Origin: Patescibacteria group bacterium
GTDB taxonomy: Bacteria > Patescibacteriota > JACPGU01
Reading direction: 5' to 3'
Assembly (NCBI GenBank): GCA_022703645.1
Contig: JAKLDG010000001.1
Span: forward strand, 338,814 to 402,813
Length of the DNA stretch: 64,000 bases
Shown: positions 1 through 7,160 of the stretch, piece by piece
Numbering within the stretch: the first letter of the stretch is position 1
Layout of the letters: every line of letters starts with the position of its first letter
The notes under the pieces: generated by a model
The model's input: only the letters and a program-made list of their open reading frames with translations
The model's database searches: none
Told to the model about the DNA's origin: nothing
Made by a program: the position numbers and the translations under genes

Positions 1-181
1 AAGGTAAAATTGAGTTATATTTAAAAATTTAGGGAGGGCGAGAATTAAAAATAACTAACAAAGGAATCTATACAATAAAATATATAGTAGGATTTCTTTG
101 TAAAGGAGAAATTTACGAAGTACTTGTAGGGAAATCTTCTAACGAAGATTTTGCGAAAAGTACGTAGTGAATTTAGACGCC

Positions 182-601
182 ATGAATGAATTAGCAAAAA
201 GTCTTATGCTACCACAACAGTATTTTATCGCGTTTAATGTACTCTTGATTATTGCGCTTGTAATAATCCTTTTATTAAAGGGTTTAGCTCTTTGGAGATC
301 AGCAAGAAAAGGGCAAGTCGTTTGGTTCTGGATATTACTATTTGTTAACACATTGGGAATTTTAGAAATAATTTATCTTTTAATCAGCAAAGAAAAAGTT
401 GAAACGATTGATAGTGTTGAAGAATTGGATCAATTAAGCAAGAAAACAAAGAATCAAGAAATCAAAGAAGAAAAGACGGAGAAGGAAGAGAAAAAGGATG
501 GGAAAGTAGTTGAAGAGCCAAAGAAAGAAGAGATAAAAGAGAGTATAATGATTGAGCACGAAACTATTGAAGCACCACAAGAAGAGATAAAAAGCGAATA
601 A
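182..601 (+). CDS. hypothetical membrane protein with lysine/glutamate-rich C-terminal tail
   Basis: ORF track 167..601; hydrophobic TM segments followed by a charged KE-rich tail. ATG at 182 aligns with the start position of the conserved leader motif seen at two other genes. Intrinsic terminator follows. Confidence 0.5.
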   Translation: MNELAKSLMLPQQYFIAFNVLLIIALVIILLLKGLALWRSARKGQVVWFWILLFVNTLGILEIIYLLISKEKVETIDSVEELDQLSKKTKNQEIKEEKTEKEEKKDGKVVEEPKKEEIKESIMIEHETIEAPQEEIKSE

Positions 602-620
602 GATTTAAAAGAATATAGAA

Positions 621-656
621 AAAACTGCTTTCATAAAAAGCAGTTTTTTTATTTTT
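621..656 (+). terminator. intrinsic terminator (aaaactgcttt / aaagcagtttt) plus T-run
   Basis: 11-bp stem, 5-nt loop, T7 run, right after the stop at 601. Confidence 0.65.
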
Positions 657-669
657 TAAAAATGATACA

Positions 670-1221
670 ATGAAATCAAGAAAACAAAAAATCAATAAAA
701 CAACAAATCAAATGAGCATGCAAAAATTCTTTCCAAAAGGAAACCCAAAACCAATTTATGGTAAGATTGCAGATTATGTAAAACAAGAGAAAGAAGAAAG
801 AGGCCAAAAATTTCTTACGGTTTGTCCTAAATGTGGCGCTATCCGCGAGAAGAAAAGATGGTTTTGGGATTCTGAGATAAAAGAAAGTAAACGGGTAGAG
901 CATACCGAGGTACTATGCCCTGGTTGTGAAGCGATTGAAAATGAGTGGATTGAAGGTGAAATAACCCTAAAAAACAAGGTTTTACAAGTAGTCCCTTGGC
1001 AAATTGAGGAAATGATAAATGATATCGAGGAAAAAGAAAGGCATGTAGATACAAAGAATCGGGTTGTAAAAATTAGAAAATCCAAGACCTTTTGGAAAGT
1101 GTATACTGCGAGTGTTTTTTTGGCTGAGAGAATAGGAAAGGAACTTGATCATTCTTATAATGGCAAAACTCATTTTAAGTGGTCAAAAGGGGATAAATCC
1201 CTAAATGTTATCTGGGAATAG
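670..1221 (+). CDS. hypothetical zinc-ribbon protein (CPKCG...CPGCE)
   Basis: 183-aa ORF with two CxxC pairs; no confident family assignment. Start could be an internal Met. Confidence 0.4.
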   Translation: MKSRKQKINKTTNQMSMQKFFPKGNPKPIYGKIADYVKQEKEERGQKFLTVCPKCGAIREKKRWFWDSEIKESKRVEHTEVLCPGCEAIENEWIEGEITLKNKVLQVVPWQIEEMINDIEEKERHVDTKNRVVKIRKSKTFWKVYTASVFLAERIGKELDHSYNGKTHFKWSKGDKSLNVIWE

Positions 1222-1288
1222 CGAAAACCAGCAATAAATAGAGGCTCAATATACTCAGCTTTGAGTCTTTTTTTTTATGAAAAAAGTA

Positions 1289-1317
1289 TTGACATATTAT
1301 AATATTTATGATAAAAT
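1289..1317 (+). promoter_or_regulatory. sigma70-like promoter (TTGACA - 17 nt - TAAAAT)
   Basis: TTGACA at 1289-1294, 17-nt spacer, TAAAAT at 1312-1317, about 55 nt upstream of the ATG at 1373. Confidence 0.5.
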
Positions 1318-1372
1318 TAAAGTATAAAAATAAATACCCTAAATATATATTTTGGGGATAGGAGGAATAAAT

Positions 1373-2254
1373 ATGAAAAGAAGCAACATAACAAAAAAAG
1401 TCGTTATTTTACTGGTTGCGATATCGGTCCTTTTTACTGTTTTTGGTACTTTTCCAAGTTATGCTGGAGCCGCAACTATATTGCCAAGCGATACTTTCAC
1501 GGTCGGGATATTAAATAAAGGTACTTACGGGTACCTTGGCGGAATTTCAAAGAACAGTTCAAAGTCGCTTTCTGCGCGAGTTTATAACTTTTCAACGGGT
1601 AAGATAGCTGATGACAGAAACATTACTTATAAATGGACTGCGGTTGCTCAAGACGCGTCATACAATGGAAGATTAATTTTTAATTTTACAAACCCAAATT
1701 CTCGTAATACAACTTTAAAGATCGTTGATGCCAGCAATATTGGAACAAACGCCAAAATAATCGTAACCGTTAAAGCATATAATTCAGGTGGTTTAATTGG
1801 TTCAGATAGTGGATATTTTGGTGTTTCAAAATTTACGGATAGTTATGACAAAACCCCAAAAACAATTGCCGTTCAAGTAAACAACATTGCTTATGCAAAG
1901 AATATGGTTGTGAATGTAGGTTATAAAGGAGATATCTTGATTGACGCAAGAGTTTTGAATGGTAGCTATAAAGATATGAGTTCCAACTATGACTATAGAG
2001 TTGAGATAACTAATAACCCAAAAGGGCTTGATCTCGATCCAAGAGATACAAAAACTTATGATGCAAAATTCCGAGTATATTCCGCAAATGTTCAAGACGC
2101 GCCGCTGACACTAAAAATTTATGCAGTTAGCAAGGTTGATCCATATCTATCAAAAACCAGTTATGCGTATATAAAAGTAAATGTATCTGGAGATGCTGAT
2201 ACTAAAAGAAGCATACCAAGTAAAATCAGTAAATGGTTTAAGAAAGTATTCTAA
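1373..2254 (+). CDS. secreted hypothetical protein (signal peptide, beta-rich)
   Basis: GGAGG RBS before ATG 1373. N-terminal MKRSNITKKVVILLVAISVLF...SYAGAAT looks like a signal peptide. Terminator hairpin follows. Confidence 0.55.
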   Translation: MKRSNITKKVVILLVAISVLFTVFGTFPSYAGAATILPSDTFTVGILNKGTYGYLGGISKNSSKSLSARVYNFSTGKIADDRNITYKWTAVAQDASYNGRLIFNFTNPNSRNTTLKIVDASNIGTNAKIIVTVKAYNSGGLIGSDSGYFGVSKFTDSYDKTPKTIAVQVNNIAYAKNMVVNVGYKGDILIDARVLNGSYKDMSSNYDYRVEITNNPKGLDLDPRDTKTYDAKFRVYSANVQDAPLTLKIYAVSKVDPYLSKTSYAYIKVNVSGDADTKRSIPSKISKWFKKVF

Positions 2255-2287
2255 GATCTAGAAAAACAAGTTATATTGAAATATAAC

Positions 2288-2320
2288 AAAAAGAGTTCTA
2301 TAAGAACTCTTTTTGTTTTG
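2288..2320 (+). terminator. intrinsic terminator (agagttct-ataa-gaactct + TTTTGTTTTG)
   Basis: Hairpin with T-run after the secreted-protein gene. Confidence 0.6.
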
Positions 2321-2382
2321 TGTAGATTCTGTTATAATAAGAACAATTAAACAAGAAAGAAAAAAAACAATAAAACAAGGAT

Positions 2383-3129
2383 ATGAATGAATGTAATCCG
2401 GGTTTGGTTAGATTAAATAAATTTTTATCAAAGAATAGTTTGATTTCAAGGAGAACTGCTGATAAGCTGATAATACAAGGTAAAATTACGGTAAATGGTG
2501 AAAAGATTAAAGAGCTGGGAATAAAGATTAATCCTGAAAAGGACAGTGTTTTTATTGACGGAAAAAAGATTAAAATTCAAGACGATAAAGTTTATTATAT
2601 TCTCAATAAACCTGTTGGGTATATCACAACTATGAGCGACCCAAGAGGAAGAAAAAAGGTAGTTGATCTAGTGCCGAAATACCCAAAAGTATACCCCGTA
2701 GGACGTCTTGACTATGATTCCAGTGGTCTGCTGATTCTTACAAACGATGGCGACCTAACATATAGACTAACTCATCCAAAGTTTGAAAAAGAAAAGTCTT
2801 ATGAGGTTAAATGCAGAATTATGAATTATGAATCAGGGATTATGAACGATAAAATAATTGTGGGGAAATTTTTAAAGGGAATAAGATTGAAAGAAGGGGT
2901 TGCGAAAGCAGATAATGTAAAAGTTTTAAGCCAGAAAGGCGATATAATAACATTTAATATAACACTTCATCAAGGCTGGAATAGGCAAATTAGACGCATG
3001 TGCGCTACTGTAGGTTTGGACGTGATTTCACTGAAAAGAGTAAGGATTGGTAAATTACTATTAGGAAATATAAAAGAGGGAATGTGGCAAAAAATAAATC
3101 CAAAAGACACAAAAAAGTATTTCGAATAA
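2383..3129 (+). CDS. pseudouridine synthase, RsuA/RluB family (S4 domain + PseudoU synthase)
   Basis: S4-like N-terminus (LNKFLSKNSLISRRTADKLI), catalytic region PVGRLDYDSSGLLILTNDG, and C-terminal NRQIRRM motif typical of the RsuA family. Confidence 0.85.
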   Translation: MNECNPGLVRLNKFLSKNSLISRRTADKLIIQGKITVNGEKIKELGIKINPEKDSVFIDGKKIKIQDDKVYYILNKPVGYITTMSDPRGRKKVVDLVPKYPKVYPVGRLDYDSSGLLILTNDGDLTYRLTHPKFEKEKSYEVKCRIMNYESGIMNDKIIVGKFLKGIRLKEGVAKADNVKVLSQKGDIITFNITLHQGWNRQIRRMCATVGLDVISLKRVRIGKLLLGNIKEGMWQKINPKDTKKYFE

Positions 3130-4070
3130 GAAAAAGATATCTGCTACTATTAACATTATTAATAGTAGGTGGTTTTTGTATTTTTTCACGCGATAAAGCT
3201 TATTCCAGCGCTTCCGCCAAGATTTTTTATGGTGAAAGTTTTATGAAAGAAAACGGTTCCGAAACAAAACTATCGTCTGTCGATAGCGTCGAAATACCAT
3301 TTCAAAAAGAGGGCGCAAATGAACATGTTGCTATAAAAGCGCAAACTTATATTGCAGCTGATCGCGCGACTATGACGCCATTACTTGAAAAAGATGCTGG
3401 AAAAAAGGTCCAAATTGCCAGTATCACAAAATTGATGACCGCCGTTATCACGGTTGAAAACTCAAAACTGGATGATGTGGTTACGATTAACAGCACATTT
3501 AAAGACGCTCCGGATGGCAGAATGGGGCTTTACGTGACAGAAAAAATTACAGTTGAGAATATTCTCAATGGTTTGCTTATCTCTTCTTCAAATGATGCTG
3601 CTGAAGCTCTCGCATATTATATCGGGAAAGGTAATTATAAGTCTTTTATTCAAATGATGAATACAAAAGCGGCTGAAATTGGGATGAGTAATACGCGTTT
3701 TTCGAACGCTATGGGACTTGATAATGGCGAAAACTACTCAACTCCACAAGACCTGGTATATCTAGCAAATTATGCTTTAAAGAATGAATTTATTGCTAAA
3801 ACAGTTAAAACTCAAGAAAAGAGAGTAAAGAATATTGAAGGAACAAGCACTCATTACCTGAAAACTACCGACGAATTGCTCGCTGATAAAGACTTTGAAT
3901 TTTTGGGTTTGAAAACCGGTTCTACACCTGAAGCGGGGGAGTGCCTTCTATCTTTTGCGAAAACAAAAAACGGTCATGAAATCATAACCGTTGTGCTTGG
4001 TTCTATGGATAGGTTCGGTGAAACCAAAGAAATTGTAAAATGGGTAGATGCAAACATTACTTGGGAATAA
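3084..4070 (+). CDS. D-alanyl-D-alanine carboxypeptidase (peptidase S11, PBP5-like)
   Basis: SxxK (SITKLMTA), SxN (SSSND) and KTG (KTGST) motifs. N-terminal TM anchor. Overlaps the upstream gene by 46 nt, so the start is uncertain. Confidence 0.8.
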   Translation: MAKNKSKRHKKVFRIRKRYLLLLTLLIVGGFCIFSRDKAYSSASAKIFYGESFMKENGSETKLSSVDSVEIPFQKEGANEHVAIKAQTYIAADRATMTPLLEKDAGKKVQIASITKLMTAVITVENSKLDDVVTINSTFKDAPDGRMGLYVTEKITVENILNGLLISSSNDAAEALAYYIGKGNYKSFIQMMNTKAAEIGMSNTRFSNAMGLDNGENYSTPQDLVYLANYALKNEFIAKTVKTQEKRVKNIEGTSTHYLKTTDELLADKDFEFLGLKTGSTPEAGECLLSFAKTKNGHEIITVVLGSMDRFGETKEIVKWVDANITWE

Positions 4071-4434
4071 GGTTTTTCCGCAAGTTTTTCAGTATTCCTT
4101 TTATTGTCGCGGGGAGTGTAGTTTTGGTACAAGTATAGTCACAGTATCCTAATTTAAGTAGTTCTCCCCCCTTCTTTTCAAAGGATGTGGGTATAATAAT
4201 TCTTACTTTAGGGTTTTTTTCGCGGATTTTTTCAACTAATTCTTTATAACGAAATCCGCGAATAGCGTCCTTTGAGGTGTACTTCAAAACGATAATGTCA
4301 TACTTAAATTCTTCCAAAACGCTTATATCCTTATTACTTCTTTTGAAAAAGATATCATGTTCCTTTAGTGAGATTGCATAGTGGGCTCGATAATAGTCCT
4401 CTCGTTCAACAATCAAAATCCCTTTCTTTCTCAT
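4057..4434 (-). CDS. pseudo-receiver (REC-like) domain protein lacking the phospho-acceptor Asp
   Basis: CheY-like layout (ILIVERED ... IIVLKYTSKD ... RIIIPTS ... KLGY), but Lys sits where the phosphorylated Asp is expected. Confidence 0.4.
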   Translation of the reverse strand: MRKKGILIVEREDYYRAHYAISLKEHDIFFKRSNKDISVLEEFKYDIIVLKYTSKDAIRGFRYKELVEKIREKNPKVRIIIPTSFEKKGGELLKLGYCDYTCTKTTLPATIKGILKNLRKNLIPK

Positions 4435-4526
4435 AGATATTATACCCCCCTTGTTTTTTTTAAATGAGCATCAAATAAAAAATAAAAAACCAGCATTTTG
4501 GTTTTATTTGTGTTATGTAATTTATA

Positions 4527-5219
4527 TTACAGGTTTTCTTGCCAAATGTCAAGAGCAATCCTTGCTGCCTCCTGTTCCGCAGCTTGTTTTGAAGACCCGG
4601 TTCCATCGGCAATCTTTTTATCTTCAAGATAAACACCCATTACAAAAACTTTTGCATGGTCTGGGCCCGATTCTTTTTCAACCTTATAGATTGGTGTAAT
4701 ACCTACTTTTTCCTGGGCTATTTCCTGAAACTTCGATTTTGGATCATAGTAAAGTTCCTTTGAAATAATCTCCGGTAAATAGGGAATTAAATACTTTTTA
4801 ATAAATTTACCCGCTGCCTCATACCCTTGATCAAGATATATTGCGCCAAGTACTGCCTCAAAGGTATTAGCAAGTATTAACTCTCTTGCTTTTCCAGTAG
4901 ACCTTGATTCTCCGCGCGATAGGAGTAGGTGGCTTTCATAACCAAGTTCCTTTGCTATTTTTGAAATCATAGTTCCTCTTACCAATGCCGCGCGCCAGTT
5001 TGTCAATTCTCCTTCAGGATTTGGGTAATTATTGTATAAATAGTCTGTAACAATTAATTCCATACATGCATCGCCAAGAAATTCAAGCCTTTCATTATGA
5101 TCAAGCTTGAAATCTTTATTTTCATTCAAATAGGATCTATGTACAAAAGCCTGCTGGAGTAAATCTTGATTCTTAAATTTTATACCTATTTTCTTTTCTA
5201 TTTCATTTAAATTGCTCAT
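4527..5219 (-). CDS. rnc: ribonuclease III
   Basis: ERLEFLGDA signature and a C-terminal dsRBD. Terminator hairpin with T-run downstream on the minus strand (about 4478-4506). Confidence 0.9.
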   Translation of the reverse strand: MSNLNEIEKKIGIKFKNQDLLQQAFVHRSYLNENKDFKLDHNERLEFLGDACMELIVTDYLYNNYPNPEGELTNWRAALVRGTMISKIAKELGYESHLLLSRGESRSTGKARELILANTFEAVLGAIYLDQGYEAAGKFIKKYLIPYLPEIISKELYYDPKSKFQEIAQEKVGITPIYKVEKESGPDHAKVFVMGVYLEDKKIADGTGSSKQAAEQEAARIALDIWQENL

Positions 5220-5306
5220 TTGAAATTCGCTTTGCTGAAATTCTAAGAAATTGAGGAAATTCTAATATCTAATTTCTCCAATTTCTTTTAATTTCTATTA
5301 ATTTTA

Positions 5307-6152
5307 TTATTTTAGTCTGCCGATATCTTCTACTGCCTTTTTGAATAAATCTACTAAGTTTGGATAATCTAGGTGATTCAAAACCTCTCCTTCTTCCACC
5401 CATTTAATTTCTTTAATATGAGCTTCCGGATTAATTATAGTATTTACCTGAGTAGTTCGTATAAGATAGAAGTGCACGCTTTTTTTGATAACCTCTTCGC
5501 CGCTTTTATCAGTAAATTTAATTTCGCCAACTTCACCAAGAATTTCAGCCTCAGTTATACCTGTTTCTTCTTGAATTTCTCTTACAGCTGCTTCTTGCCA
5601 AGTTTCTCCTTCTTCAACTTTACCTTTTGGAAAAGTCCATTTATCATAAGGGTTTTTGACAATTATAAAAAAGTTTTTCCCATTTTCTACGCGGTATATT
5701 ATTCCACCAGCGCTAATTATCAAGTTTTCTTCTTCATACTTACTACTTGCGCGGTAAATTGTTCCCAATACACCATTAATGAACTTACCACTGTTTTCTC
5801 CGCCAAATTCCTTACCAAGCTCCACAGCCTCATTAATAACCGCTTTTGGAGGCACTTCTGCATCATAAATCAACTCATAAATACCAATTCGCAATATAGA
5901 GCGGTCAATAGTGGCAATCTGTTCAAGAGGCCATTCGGGAGCAGTCTTTTTGATTAAGTCATTGATCTCTGATATTTTTTCCACCGTTCCTTTTATAATC
6001 TTACGGCAAAATTCCTCATCAACCTTAAAACCGGAATTTTCAATATTCCGTTTTAAAATTTCAGCAATATCTCTTTCTTCATCAAAATCCCACTCGTAAA
6101 GAGATTGTAAAACAACCATTCTTGACTGATGTCTAATAGATAGGTGAGACAT
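5307..6152 (-). CDS. nusB: NusB antitermination factor fused to a C-terminal Nudix hydrolase domain
   Basis: N-terminal 135 aa match NusB (VDRSILRIGIYEL..., INEAVELGKEFGG, FINGVL). The C-terminal 140 aa carry the Nudix box GKVEEGETWQEAAVREIQEETG. Confidence 0.85.
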   Translation of the reverse strand: MSHLSIRHQSRMVVLQSLYEWDFDEERDIAEILKRNIENSGFKVDEEFCRKIIKGTVEKISEINDLIKKTAPEWPLEQIATIDRSILRIGIYELIYDAEVPPKAVINEAVELGKEFGGENSGKFINGVLGTIYRASSKYEEENLIISAGGIIYRVENGKNFFIIVKNPYDKWTFPKGKVEEGETWQEAAVREIQEETGITEAEILGEVGEIKFTDKSGEEVIKKSVHFYLIRTTQVNTIINPEAHIKEIKWVEEGEVLNHLDYPNLVDLFKKAVEDIGRLK

Positions 6153-6160
6153 TTTATTAA

Positions 6161-6373
6161 TTATTTAGTTTTTGTTTTTACTTTACCGCTAGCAATACCG
6201 GGTTTCTTCATTTGTCTGCCATTATAAGTACCGCAAACTTTACACACTTGGTGTGATATTTTTGGTGACTTACATTTTGAACAAATAGAAACGCCTGCTA
6301 ATTTTACTTTGATATTCTGCCCTCTGCGACTCGCAGTACGGGACTTACTCATACGTTTTTTGGGTTCTGCCAT
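6161..6373 (-). CDS. rpmF: 50S ribosomal protein L32
   Basis: MAEPKKRMSKSRTASRRGQN... with CxxC...CxxC, typical of L32. Confidence 0.8.
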   Translation of the reverse strand: MAEPKKRMSKSRTASRRGQNIKVKLAGVSICSKCKSPKISHQVCKVCGTYNGRQMKKPGIASGKVKTKTK

Positions 6374-6511
6374 AGCGTCAGGATCGCGTTAAACATTTCC
6401 AGCGATCTTATTCTCCTTGATTAAATTAATATTCTGTTAACTAATACATTTTACAATAAAATAAAACTTAAGTAAACCCCTTAGAATCCATTTGTATTTT
6501 ACGCTTTTAGT

Positions 6512-6546
6512 AAAAAAACCGCCTTTTGGGGCGGTTGGGGTTTTTA
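6512..6546. terminator. bidirectional intrinsic terminator
   Basis: Hairpin aaccgcc-ttttgg-ggcggtt with an A-run upstream and a T-run downstream. Confidence 0.5.
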
Positions 6547-6578
6547 ATTCCAATTTTCTCAAAACTATTTTACGTTTT

Positions 6579-7145
6579 CTAAGCTCTTTTTGCAATATTC
6601 TTAGGGTTATTCATATCCCGACCCCACGTTGATGGATTTGATTCTATATAAGAATAAATTTCATCGTAAGATTTTTCATTGCGGATAATGTGTTCATAAT
6701 AGTTGCGTTGCCAGATACGATTTTCAAATGGTATTAATATATTTTGTTTAACCCCATCAATGCATTTTTTCGTTGTTAGTGATTTAAAACGTTGAATTAT
6801 TTGCGGCAATGACAGTTGTTTTTCTGTAGGGGCAAACCCCCGTGTTTGCCCGTTTTTAATTGGGCGGACACAGGGGTCCGCCCCTACGATACAGATAATC
6901 AAATGTATATGATTTGGCATAACAGAAAATATATCTACCTCGATATTTGAATAATACTTTGGGATTTCTTCTATCGTTTGGAAAATTATTATCCCAATAT
7001 CATTCAATCTCATCCCTCCATCAACAATTTCTCCGAACAAACACCCTCTATCTTGTGTACATATTGTAATAAAATAATCTCCGGGTTCGGAATAATCATA
7101 ACCTTTTATTCGTATTGACCTTCTGTTTTTGTTTTCTTTTTACAT
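6579..7145 (-). mobile_element. IS200-like Y1 HuH transposase of the REP-associated (RAYT) type, probably inactivated
   Basis: NHIHLII HuH motif and C-terminal YY catalytic region. The N-terminus (YDYSEPGDYFITICT...LFGEIVDG) matches its paralog at 20.9 kb. The ancestral ATG (7145-7143) is followed immediately by an in-frame TAA; the intact ORF only restarts at TTG 7040. A 66-bp GC-rich palindromic element sits in frame at 6824-6889. Confidence 0.65.
6824..6889. repeat. REPIN-like GC-rich palindromic element (two inverted REP hairpins with GTAG-containing termini), in frame inside the RAYT gene
   Basis: CTGTAGGGGC-[gggcaaac/gtttgccc hairpin]-gtttttaatt-[gggcggac/gtccgccc hairpin]-GCCCCTACGA. 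Far GC-richer than the flanks. On the minus strand it encodes VGADPCVRPIKNGQTRGFAPT. Confidence 0.7.
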
Positions 7146-7160
7146 TAGAACAATTGAGAA

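Noticed and set aside
670-1221. Assignment of the zinc-ribbon protein to a named ribosome-associated family
   Set aside because: Only the CxxC pairs are recognisable; no defensible family call without an HMM search.
5373-5957. 194-aa ORF on the plus strand
   Set aside because: Antisense to the well-supported NusB-Nudix gene. It is low-complexity and Phe/Asn/Ser-rich, typical of a spurious ORF.
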